Shown piece after piece: positions 50,640-62,312 of a stretch of DNA of 64,000 nt. The notes under the pieces are model-generated. The model saw nothing but the letters and a program-made list of their open reading frames with translations, did no database searches and had not been told where the DNA came from. The stretch is from NCBI GenBank assembly GCA_013265495.1, contig MU058287.1, positions 124,001-188,000 on the forward strand, given 5' to 3'. Made by a program: the position numbers and the translations under genes. Each line of letters opens with the position of its first letter. Position 1 is the first letter of the stretch. This DNA is from Vicugna vicugna. Its lineage: Eukaryota.

Positions 50640-52329
50640 CCCGCCCAGCCGCATCCTGGGCCACACGGAGGTCCGATCAGACAAGGACAGCAGCGCGCAT
50701 GGTGCTGAGGGGTGGGGGCCACGATCACAAGGGGACGAACAGGAGAGAAAAAAGAAGCCCACCTGAAAAGTAGAAAGCCATTAAAAAATCTCATGGATGT
50801 GGCATTTCCTTAGGTGAGGGAAGATGGATTTCTTCATCTTTCTCTTGAGCCAGAAATAAGGGCAGATCAAGGCGCAGCCTTTGAGGGATGGATAATCCTT
50901 CCCTTTCTGGCCTCACCTCATTGTGACCCTACATCTTCTCCCTTTGGAAGAGGTGCTGTTTCTGACATATGCCCTCCACGGGGTCGGATTTCCCAGCTAT
51001 ACCATAATGGCCTTTGGTGTCCTTGTTACCACTTAATGTGCTGTCGTCTAGAATGTTTTTCTATATTGATCTGAACTTTAATCTATACGTAATAAGGATA
51101 AATCATAGAAGAATATGCGGACCATTGGTAAAAAGTTACTTGTTTTGTGCATTTCTTGAGGGGTGGGGAAGGGAACCTTTACAATGATCCTTCCTATTTG
51201 TGACGTCTTAAAAAATAGAAACATTTGATTAATTGGAAGGCTGAGTGATTTAGATTATAGGTGTTCATTTAAAATTTTCTGAAACCTGATTTAGGTATGT
51301 AAGAGCCTTCTGAAATTTCTGTGGATGTGCCCTTAGAGATAAGCCATTTGTTTTTGTGAGGATTCAAAAAGAGAAATGTATTTTAGAAAATAGATGAAAT
51401 TGGACCTCACATGGAGAAGTAGTTCGCTGAGTGATGGATGTCATTTGAAGACATTGAACTGTGGGCTCCCTGCTTTGACCGTTTCTCAAGATGAATGTGC
51501 GGGCAGGAACCGGGACAGCCATTTCAGGCTGCTGTGAAGTCGGTATTAGACTGTGCTAAGCATGCCCGTGACATCCTTGGAGGTATGAGAGTACAGATGA
51601 GACACAAATGCTTCTCAGTTCTCTCTCATAATTTCTCTAATCTTTCTGCCAATAAAAAAAGGAAAGAAAAGAAAAAACTTTTCAGGAGTATAAAATGTTA
51701 TTGAATTTGTAGCCGTCGTCATGGTTACCTGCATACTTTCATTGCTTTATTAATATGTAATCCCCTTTATTTCTGGAAATATCATTATATGAAACATAAT
51801 CGTCTGCAGCCTCTTAGCAAGTTTCACCATGTATCCCAGAGACTCTGACAGTGGCTATGATGAATGTGTGTGTGATTTCTGGGCCACCTGTGTGCTGTTG
51901 ATTCAGTAACTAGGACATCATTGTTTAGGAAAAGACAACTTGAAGTTAACGACTCTGAGAAGCCCTTAAAAGTTCAAATGCTTCCCTAAACAGAAGTGCT
52001 TATTTTTTCCTAGAGGGAAATGATCCAAGGCTTGAGTCTTTCTCTAACTAAAATCATTTAGGTCTTCAGACATTAAAACTTTTTAAAGTAATTATTATTA
52101 CTTACTAAAGTCACTTGGAGGTGTTCAGGGAATTTTTTTTCTGACCAGTTCTTTAAAATACTATCTTTCTTAAATTTGTTTCTTATATCATAAAAGGGTT
52201 TTGGTGAAATGCTATTACTAGAAGTTTTGAGCAAGTTTTTCCAAGTGTATTCTCTCACTACTCAAGTTGAAGCTAAATAAAATAATTCAGTAAATTATCT
52301 TTCAGATTAACTCGCTGCTTACATCAGAG

Positions 52330-52662
52330 GCTGCTAGCCAGATCCCACATTAATTTCTCCTCTTCCTTGGTGCTCACCAGACTACATTTCCCAACAGCCC
52401 TTGCAGTTAGGTCTGACTCTAAGACTCATGACACAATAGAATGTGGATGGAGGTCATGAAGTCACTTCCAGGCCTGGTCCCCTAGTACCTGCCCCTTAAT
52501 CCTCCCATCCCTTGTTCCCGGGCTGGTTGGTGACTCTGCCATTCTGGACCCTTGAGTAACCAGATGGAACAGAGCCTCACTGCCAAACAGAAACATCTGT
52601 TGTTATGGAAAGGAGAATAAACCTGAGATGTGATTAGACCAGCTCCTGTTACCCTAACTAAT
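52330..52662 (+). mobile_element. Old MLT1 LTR
   Basis: actacatttccca...ccttgcagttagg, cacttccaggcctgg, ending ccctaactaata. Confidence 0.7.
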
Positions 52663-53354
52663 ATGCTGCTAGTCAGCATTTCTTCTAAGCAGCCATGTAA
52701 TCCTTGGGATAAGATAAGTTCCGTGATTTTTCACGGATAAGGTCCACACGTTCTTCCTGTAGCTTCTCTCACAGCCTTCAGGAAAAAAAATGGCATTAAA
52801 AATTCCAAGGACTTTAATCAGTGTCCAATGATAACTTAGCTGTTTTGAACAAGTGCTGAAGACCAGAATGGCTACAGCTATGTAGAGAATTGGAAAACAT
52901 CATCAGGCCGTTGTGGTTTATGGGCACAGGGAACCAAAGAAAAAAGAAAGCCTTTTCTAGAGATTTCTATGTGCAAAGCAGTATGTCGACTCCTTTAATA
53001 TACATTATTCATTCTCTATAATTCATCTTCTAGGGAACTCTGTTATTCCCAATTTATAGATTTTTAAAGTGTCATACAGTTTTAATAACTTCTTTATAGC
53101 TAGGGAGTAGCAAGGGAGGACTCAAATAAGAGTTTGCCTGGAACCAAATCCAGCCAAGCTCGATTTTTATAGTGTACACTCAGTTCACTATTGTCAGCTG
53201 ATCATCATACTCCAAGACAGATAGCTAGTAATCATTGAAAACATATGTAAAGAATATTTGATCTTCTGTGATGTTGGGAGTAGAAACTCTTGTAGGTTTT
53301 TAGAAAATTATAATACTGACATTACTGAGTTTTACCTTCTATTTTAATTAAGAT

Positions 53355-53776
53355 ATCAGAAAAGCTGTTGTAATAGATACCAAAATAATGGCAGTTTAAA
53401 ACTGATGGTCTGGAAGTTGGCAGGCTACCTCTTCTTCATGAGGTCAACAAGGGCCCTAAGCTCTTTCATCTGGTTGCTTTTGGATCCTTCAGGGGTATTT
53501 TTCATCTGCTTGGTGGCTTACCACACTCCATCTGCAGTTAAGCCCTCAAGAAGTGGGTATAAGAGAGAAGAGGGCACATGTCTTGCCACTTAAAGGCACG
53601 ACCCAGCAATGGCACACATCACTTTCGTTCAAAGAGTTACGTGGTCTCATGGCCGTCTAACTGCAAGAGGGTCTAGGAAATGTCATCTTTACGTGCTTAG
53701 ACTTGTGCCAGTACGCCTATCCATACAGAAGAGGGGGTCAAGAGATACTGTGGGACAAATCACAGCTTTTGCCACA
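53355..53776 (-). mobile_element. MLT1J-like LTR
   Basis: cacacatcacttt, catggccgtctaactgcaagagggtctaggaaatgt, ending tttgccaca. Confidence 0.7.
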
Positions 53777-54109
53777 CCTCGTCTCCTTTCCCATTCTTTG
53801 ATAAACATCCTAATGAGAAAGATCCAAAACAGCAGTCACGGAAAAAGGGAAGAAAATGAATCACACAAACTAAGTAAGTCAGAAATTGAATATCTCCTTT
53901 CTCCTTAACCTCTTCCAGCACATGTGCTAAAAGAATCAAAAATTAGTACTTTGCAGTAAGTTGTTTAAAATAGACTGCAACTATTAAATCAAGCATTCTT
54001 TGAATAAAATGGTTGCGACAAACTAAGGTCATAGAAAGACTAGATATTAAGTCATATTCAGTAATTAGAATTAATTTCATTAGATCCAACCTGTGGTTGA
54101 ATTATAGAG

Positions 54110-54360
54110 CAAAACCTCATCTGGTAGAGATATTTGCTGAGGGATATATAAGTGAAATGATATGATGTCTGGAGTTTGCTATAAAATACTCCAGGAAAAA
54201 AAAAATGGGAGCGAGATTGATGAATAGATGAAAATAGATTGGGAAAATGTTATGAGTTGTTGAAACTGGATGATGGGTTCATGGGGGTTCATTATGCTAT
54301 TCTTTCTACTTTTATGTATATTTGAAATATTCCATACCATAATAAAAAGTTAAATAAATA
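54110..54360 (+). mobile_element. L1MC/ME 3' terminus with AATAAA
   Basis: gtgaaatgatatgatgtctggagtttgct...ggggttcattatgctattct...taataaaaagttaaa. Confidence 0.8.
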
Positions 54361-54509
54361 CTTGTTCCAGGAAAGAAAAGCAATTTTTGGCAGTGCCTTG
54401 ATATTCATATGAGCTCATTTCTGTACTCCAGTTAAGTGCACTCTTCAGTTTCCAGTGAATTATTATTTATTTTGCCTGCATACAACTGGAAAAATTCACC
54501 TCATCTAGA

Positions 54510-55200
54510 GAATTCATTAACAATTTGAGCCAATTAAACTAAACTTTGGTGAGTGCCTGTTGCATCTAACACGAGGAATGCCAAAATGAATAAGATGAAT
54601 GAAGCCTGTAAGTTTAAAGGTTAATCCAGTAGATAAGAGGGTCGCTCAAATAAATCTAATTTAAGAGATGTATACAAGAAGGTTTAAATGTTAGGAGATC
54701 ACATCAAATTGGAAGGATCAGCAAAAAGTTTCCTGGATCAGATATCATAAGCTTTAAAGAATGGGTAGGCTTTTGACAGATGGAAGTGATGGGGAGAGTG
54801 GTCTGGGCAGGGGACCACCAAGAGAAGGGCTCCAAGCCAGAGACTATGAAACAGTTTCCTGGTGACAGGAAAGGCAGATTTGGTTTTGAGTGTTGAGTAT
54901 CTGGATGTCCCATTAAAGGAAATCAGGGAGAAAAGAGGACTTGACTGAGAAAATGTATATTCTTCATAGAGACATGTTATCTTTGAGACACTGGTGAGAC
55001 CCAAGATGGGATGTCCATCTCCCAAAATGGTGGTGGAATACAGAGAGGAGTTAGTGTGGGTCGTCACCTGCATAAATTGATAGTTGAAACTGTAGACAGA
55101 CGGAATTCCCTACTGAAGAGAATAGGGCAAAGGCTTTTTTTTAAGGCCAGTAGTATTAGAGCAGAAGATGGGAGTCATGACAGCATCATTGTGAAAACTA
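54510..55200 (-). mobile_element. Decayed L2
   Basis: Antisense L2-like motifs, including tttgagtgttgag...tggatgtcc and gatagttgaaactgtaga. Confidence 0.45.
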
Positions 55201-55249
55201 CATAATGATTTTGGTTGATACTAAGGACAATGTGAGTCCCTGGTGTGAC

Positions 55250-55960
55250 AAGATCTGTTTCCCTCCTCTCCCCTTCTGCTGAGGTCTCAGCACTTCCTTT
55301 CCCTCTCAGAGCCCACTTCTCTCTACTTGCTCTCTCCTCTATCCTTCCTCTTAAGCCTCTTTGCAGAGTTATCCACACAGAATGTCTCTGCTCCCTGACT
55401 TCCATTCGTCCTCTGACCCACCCTGAATCAGAAGCCTGCTTCCTCACGCCACTGAAAGTGCGTTCAGTTCAACGTGGAGGGATTGCAGTGACTGTGCTGA
55501 CCAATTCCATGGACACTTTTTACTTCTCACTTCCCTTGACTCTCTGAGCAGTATTTGACCTGACTGGCCTCTCCGTCTTCCCTGGAACTCCCTTCTCAGG
55601 CCCTGGTTTTCTCCTGGCTACTGCTTCTCATTTTCTGCACAGGCTCCTTCTCTCCTGGACGTTTACACATCGTGGTGTCTTGGGACCAATGCTGGAACTC
55701 TTCTTCCTACAGTCTCTCCTGGATGGGTTTCCTCTTGCCTCAGGGTTTCACTTAACAAAAGTCACCAAAGCTCCGACGTTTGTTAAAAGCGCATCTGATT
55801 TCTGCACCTACCTAATACCTCCACTTGGATTTCTCAGAAGCATTTCATGTGCAACAGATCCAAACTGAAATTTGGACTCCCACCTCCTTCCCAAACCTCT
55901 TCTCCACCTCAGTAAATGTCACCACCGTCTACTTTGCTGCACTAGCTGGTAAAGGGAATC
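55250..55960 (+). mobile_element. L2 ORF2/3' fragment
   Basis: ccaattccatggacacttt, tctctgagcagtatttgac and ctccacttggatttctca motifs. Confidence 0.7.
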
Positions 55961-56654
55961 ATTTCATTTGCAAAATGTTCACAGGACAATTCCACTAGGA
56001 AGCCCAAGCAAACACCACTTGGTTATGAAATAGCCTTTGATCCCCAGACCGTTCCCTAAAGTGGCTGAAGTGTGTAAGCTGCAAAAATAAAGCTTTCCCC
56101 AATAGCTTCATTGTAACACAACAGTTTGATTAAGCACCAGGGCTAGCTTTAAATTTAAATTTGTGGTTGACTCTAAGCTATATATTGTAAAGGATTTTGT
56201 GAGCTACTTATACTGGGCAGCCAAGCTTTCTGAGCTGACCTCACGTGGCTAGGGTCAAGACTGGTCCCACGAGGCCTCGTAAGTGGAGGGGACCCCACAA
56301 AGCATCCAAGAGATACTGCTTTTCTCCCAGCCAGATTAGAAATCCGCAGATTGTGGACCTCTCCACCACCCTTTACACTGCCCTGGGTGGTAAAAAATGG
56401 TAACTCTAATTCTCTTTGCCAAAAAACTGAGGACACTGGCTCTTCTATCCCACTAGGTCTCAAGAAGATGGAATTAAATTAGACTTGTGTCTTTTCCTTG
56501 CCTTACGAATCTGTGTTCTCTGTGGGAAAGCACAGCGATTTGGAGGAAAGAGAACCTGCTTCTAGTTCCAGCACAAGGACTAGCAAGTTAGTTGTAAATC
56601 TGACTAGTAGAGTTGTCCTTACCTCTCTCCTCTACCTCCCTCCACATCCGACAG

Positions 56655-56910
56655 GTGACAATAACGAACACCGCTTGAGTGTTTACTTTGAGCCAGACAC
56701 TGTGCTAATGCTCTGCGTCTATGAACGCATCTCATCCTCATAACAACCTATGAATTCGTTGTTATTATTATCACTATTTAACAGATGGGAAAACTGAGGC
56801 ATAAGAAATTAATAAGTTGCTCAGAGACACCCAGCGAATGTGAAGCCAGGGTTTAAACCCAGATTGCTCGCCTCCAGCTTGTACCCTCTTAACCACTCTG
56901 TTATACCAAA
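56655..56910 (-). mobile_element. Near full-length MIR
   Basis: ccagacactgtgcta, tcctcataacaacctatga and tttaacagatgggaaaactgaggcata core, then gggtttaaacccag. Confidence 0.88.
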
Positions 56911-57733
56911 TTGCGTAGAAGCTACCTCTGAATTACATTTTCCCCTCATTCCTACTGTGCCATTGATGTCAGATATACCATCAATTTAATTTAATAACGG
57001 TTTTCAGGATTAAAGTAAGCACTACCAACTCCAGAGTAGTTAGAGTAGGACCGTCTTCTAAAACTTTAACCCAGGTTTTTTCATTCTTGGTAATTCCTTT
57101 TTACCTCATTTACAAGCTAATTGCAGAAAACAAAGAGGCAGATTCTTGGCAACTGACTTCTAAGATTGGGTTGTGCGATTCCTAAAGGTTAGTGTGGAGC
57201 CAGGGTTGATTTTTTGTTTTGCTTGGCTTAATTACAAGATAGAATTTTTTTAAAGTTTTTTTTAAAAAAGGTCTTTAAGATTTGCTCTGAATACCAAGAG
57301 CCAAAGCCTGACAATTTAGTAGGGTCGGTGAGAATGAAGGGTGATGTCTGAGAAGCTTCATGTCCCAAAGGAGATAACCTTTTGGCTGCTGGCAGGAGAG
57401 GAATCTGCAGCTGAGATGCTGAAGGACTCCAGAGAAGGTAACCCATGCCCCAGTGCCCCTGGAGATGGGAGATGATGTAAACCCCAGAAGTGTTTGGGGA
57501 AATGCCACCATGCAGGGGAACCAGGCTGGATTCCACCATTATTCCAAGGGAAGTCGCGCCTAACAGGGATCTCTTGCCGCAGCATGAAGGTGGAGGGGTA
57601 GCAGCAGCAGCTTGTTGAGATGTCTGTGCAGCATGGAAAGATACCTTAAAAATTCCCTGCATCCCCAGAGACTGCCCTGGGAGGGGGTCAGAAAGGCCTT
57701 GGTGTCCTGTGGAAGGAACACCATCAATGTACT

Positions 57734-57747
57734 TGACGTCACTTCCG
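57734..57747 (-). promoter_or_regulatory. Overlapping ETS-CRE composite motif CGGAAGTGACGTCA
   Basis: + strand TGACGTCACTTCCG is a full palindromic CRE overlapping an ETS core. The motif is certain; function is untested. Confidence 0.4.
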
Positions 57748-58639
57748 TGTTCTGGAGGCTGTGGAAACAGAAGCAATGTCAACAGCAAAAGCAGTATGGG
57801 TCGAAGTTCCCCAAACAGATGAGCCGGATTAGTGGGGAGGCTGGAGAAAACGGATGGGCCAGATGTCTCTTCCTGGATGCCATGACAAGTATGGGCCTTC
57901 TTAGATTTAGATATTGCCCCAGGAAAAGGAGTACGAAGGGCAGAACCCGAATTTGACTCTGTTTAAGTTCTGAATTGGACTGTGAGGTAACTGAACGTGA
58001 GTGAGTCTCCCTGGAAGTGGCTGTAGCTTCAGTAGCCAAACGACTCACGTTCACATAGATGAGAGACACTGCAGCCAGGAGTCCAGCCCAGGCAGTCTGA
58101 CTTCACAGTCCAGGCTCTAAAGCACGTCTGTGCTGGGTCATCCTATACTCCACTGTCTCCACGTTCCCCACAGCTACATGGGGTCGTAGCTCAAGACCTA
58201 AGCTAAATGACATCATAGAACACAAAGGGTGGTTGTGACCCTCAGCCTGGGACTTGACACATCGAGTTTAAGATGCGTACACATTTCGGTAACACTAAGA
58301 TGTCTCTTCCTGGAAGAAGTGTAAGGTACACTCTTCTCTCCACCTCTGCTGCCACCACCTAATCCATGTGTCACCTGGATGATTGCCCAGTGCCTCCAGA
58401 TTGGAGAGATTAGGCTTTTTCTATGTAATGAGGAGCAAGAGAACTAGGACCAATGGAGGAAAGCTTTAAAGAGACAGGATTCTGTGCAGAGCACATCCTT
58501 CGTAATCTCAGATATCCGAAGATAGAACGAGTGTCCCTGAGTGGCACCCAGTGCCACATCCCTTGAGGTGTTAATGCATCATCAAGACACCTACAACTAA
58601 GAAGGGACCTTATGGAAGAGAATCCAGTAGAGAACATAT

Positions 58640-58697
58640 GGCTGGATGATGTGGCCTTTAAGGTCCCCACCAACTTTGAAGTCCTGCCATTTTAGAA
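58640..58697 (+). mobile_element. MIR3/L3 3' terminal fragment
   Basis: gatgtggcctttaaggtccccaccaactttgaagtcctg. Confidence 0.45.
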
Positions 58698-58919
58698 TGG
58701 AGTCTGTGACCGCCAGATTGCTGTGTATTTAAAGAGTGGGAAATGAGGACACGGATGCAGTGGACTAGTCTTCTGAAGTTGGTTACCACTGAAGGAAACA
58801 GAGCTTTATTGGACAATATGGTTGGACCGAGGGAAGATTTTAACAAAAGGGAAGAATTGAGTGGATTTGTAAGAAAAGGCAATGAATTGGTAAAAATTAA
58901 AAATTAAAAGTTGGAGTTC

Positions 58920-59408
58920 TGTTCCGGTGTCTACTGCTGCATAACACCTTACCTCAAAACTTGGTGGCTTTAGACAATAGTCATTGTGCTAAATCTCAGG
59001 ATTTTGTAGGTCTGGAAGTGAGGCAAGGCTCAGCTGTCCCACCTGGTATCAACAGAGGTCACTCTGTGGTGTGCCACTGGCACGGTCACATGTCTTGGGG
59101 GGGCTGGCCGGAAGGCTGTGTAGCTGGGACCGTTGACCAGGGTGCCTGTGTACGGCCTCACTGGTCTCTCGGGGTAGTCCAGCTTCTTATATGGCGGCCC
59201 AGAGCTCCCAAAGAAGTATTCCAGGAGGTCCGGCGAAACTGCAAGGTTTCTTAAGACCAAATGTCAGAAGCCTAAAGCATCACTTTTGCTGCGTCCTATT
59301 GGTCAGTCAAGTCCCTAAGGCCAGGTCAGATTCAAGGAGAAAGGAACCCGGTGCCACCTCTCAGTGAGAGGAGTAGCAAAGAAAGTGTAGCCATCTTTAC
59401 TCTCCCAG
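58920..59408 (-). mobile_element. MLT1 (F/G/H-like) LTR
   Basis: ctactgctgcataaca...caaaacttggtggctt, gcatcacttttgctgcgtcctattggtca and gccaggtcagattcaagg motifs. Confidence 0.8.
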
Positions 59409-62294
59409 AGAGAAAATTCCTCAGTCTTCTGAACACTGTGGGGAGTTCAAGTTGAAGGCAAAGTTAAAAGGATTAGCCTTAGAACAGTGAAGAGACTTGT
59501 CTCCCTTGGAGGTAAGAACAAGGAAAGAGTTCCAGTCTGTGTAGATAGAGATTTTGAGATGAAAACAAGATAAAGTAGGAGTTATTTTCAGAGAGTTCAA
59601 ATAACCCAAGGCCATCTAGTGGAAGGGGCGTTTTACACAATGGACATCATGCTGCCCAACCTCTCTCCGCGTATTTCACTTCCGGGTCTTCTCCTCATCT
59701 TGGTAATGTGTCTTCACCGGTTTCACCCGCATGCCTCTCACAGACGTCCGTCTGAAGTCACTGACGGCAAGACTGGGGTCATATTTCCAGTGCTCGTCGT
59801 GGTCCCATCCAGCACACCAAACCCTGGTGTGGTCCAGGGCCGTGGGCTGGGTAAATCAGCCTCCCCAGCAGGGGAGCCGCCCGTGGCCTCATTCCCAGTC
59901 ACGCTGCAGGGACTGAGCAGACCGGCCGTGAAGCAAGGCTTGAGAAGCAAAACATGCAATCTGCTTTCTACAAATTATCCAGATAATCTCTTCTCAGCCC
60001 CTCTGGATAAAAGAACAGAGCCGCATAAGGGTGACATCCTGGCAGGTGTTCAAAGAAGCAGCGGTTGTGACTGAGCTCCTGTTGTATGCGCGGAGCTGGC
60101 GGCTTGGGTTGATTGATGCAGGTCTGCTTGTGTGTATCCTTTTAATAAGTTTCTTAAGAAGCTTGCTAATTAATTTTAAAGGAATGTTTCTCTTTGGCAC
60201 GGTGTCTCATTCTTTTCACATTATACATTCCGGTGATAAATGATGGCTGCATAAAATACCTTACCTTTGCTCAATCAGTGTTCGCTGTTGTTGATGTAAA
60301 GTGCACAAACTGGATTGGTTTCAGGATTGCTGAATTCAGAATGGAGCGTTTTGCCAAGTCAGGATCTCACTTGCCCAGCAACACACATGTGGAATATGCT
60401 GTTGTTTTCTTTTTAAAATAGTATGTGTGTGTGGTGCCCTCGATTCATGTAGTGTTGCATTAATGTGCTGTTATGACACCCGAGGGCATGCGTGAGTCCT
60501 TTCAGCCAGCAGTAAAGAATTCCCCAAACTAAAGTTTTTAATAAAATACAGATTTCAGGGCAAAAAAACAAAAAACAAAAAAACCTGTCAACCTTTAGAA
60601 TTTAAGAATAACAAAAGCGCTTGAGGAATCAACTCTGGGTGGACTTGCCAATGGAAATACAGTGTAATTGTTATATAATTTTGTTCCTCTAAATCATTAG
60701 ACATTGCCTGTATCTATTCATTAAGTGCATCTGTGTTTTTAAATGACCCAGATATCTGACCGCCTTGTTCCACAATTTCTCATTTTGTTTTTAAATTTCC
60801 TCTTGCCCCAGTGTTTGTATAGTCATTATTGTCACATCCAAAGCTTCGGAGAAGGCCAGCATAGCCAGATGTGTGACATAGCTCAAAACGCAAAAATTAA
60901 AATTGAATTCTTCACTGTCTATTGTACATAGCCAGCAGGCAACTTTCTTCAGTGCAGGGCTGATGTAACTCTGGCATGGGGTCATTCTGGACCTATTTTA
61001 AGTCAAGACTATTTTCTTTCTTTCTCAAGGTAGTTTTCCATCTCTAACCATCGTACTTTCCTATGGCAAAAATCTGGAATAATGTTTTTCTAAATCAATT
61101 AACTGATATAAAATTAAACTGAGTAAAAACATTCTTGATACAATATTTCCAATTTTGTAAATGAAGGTGCTACTGCAGCCTGCTAATAGCGGGCATAAAT
61201 CCAACTCTGCTCTTTTGATTCCTGGGGTATTGTTTCCAAACATTATGTGATAAGAGAAACACAGGCAAGTTTTTGCTTTTTTTTGTGTTAACCTAACTTA
61301 GCCTTATAGCAGCTGTAAGATACAGAAAGTATTCTGTCTCCTTTCAACCCCCGAAAACTTTTAAGATCCACAAGAAAGCAAAAGATGTGAAAACAAGCAA
61401 ACAAAAAAAAAAGTATCATGCTCCTTACTGGAAAGAAAGTGTTTTTGTAACCAAATGTTATGAATCAGGCTTTAGATACAAGTGATTTACAGGTATAATC
61501 ATAGGATCATTAAGTTCAAGCAGGCAGAGAACCATCATGCTCTTTACTGACAGTGCTGAGAGAGGCCAGTGTAAACCCGGTGGTCCCTGATCTTAATCTG
61601 GATGTTGACAGCTGAGATCAAGAAGAGGGTAATTTCTCTTATATTTTGAAACTAAGATCTGGACATTTTTCAATGGAATCTGTAAAATAAATATCAATTT
61701 TAAAGACTGACAATTAAAAATTAAAGTAGGGGATGGCATCTCTGTGGTGAGCGGTTATCTGTATTTAAAAACTGTATGCCAAGGGGATGGGGCTCATGAA
61801 GTCACAAGTGTATAAACTCAGGAGGCACCGAGGCAGGCATCCCCTACTCTGTACAGAATGCTGCAAAGGAGTGTGGAGGAGCTGTCACTCCCTCCCCAAC
61901 AGCATCTCTTTTGTTAATGCAGATTTTTTTTTCTCTTTTGCCCAAAATGTAATGACCTAAGACATAGATTCCATCCTGTGACTGCCCTTTCCCTAAAACC
62001 ACCAAATAGAATGCCTCCCATGTCTACTTATACAGTCCTCTTGTGTTTTTCTGCTGTTTGTATTCCCATAGTTGCAAATAAAAAGTATATTTTTAGTTTT
62101 AGAATTTTCCTTTCCATTAAAAAAAAATCCCCAAAGATTTGTGGCACCACTGTTATTTCTGTTAATGTCATTGCTTCCATAGCAGCAAGCTAAGATTTTT
62201 GTAAGAAACTATGTTTACAAAAAAGCAATTATCTAAGTGCGCACTATAGTTACATGTAACAAAGTTTCAATTTAGATTTCCTGTAACTGTTACA

Positions 62295-62312
62295 ACACAC
62301 ACACACACACAC
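62295..62312. repeat. (AC)9 microsatellite
   Basis: Direct reading. Confidence 0.9.

Noticed and set aside
57228..57788. Longest ORF (186 aa, minus strand) as a nested gene or transposase
   Set aside because: Non-ATG start, no recognisable domain and no exon structure. Only vague resemblance to a DDE motif.
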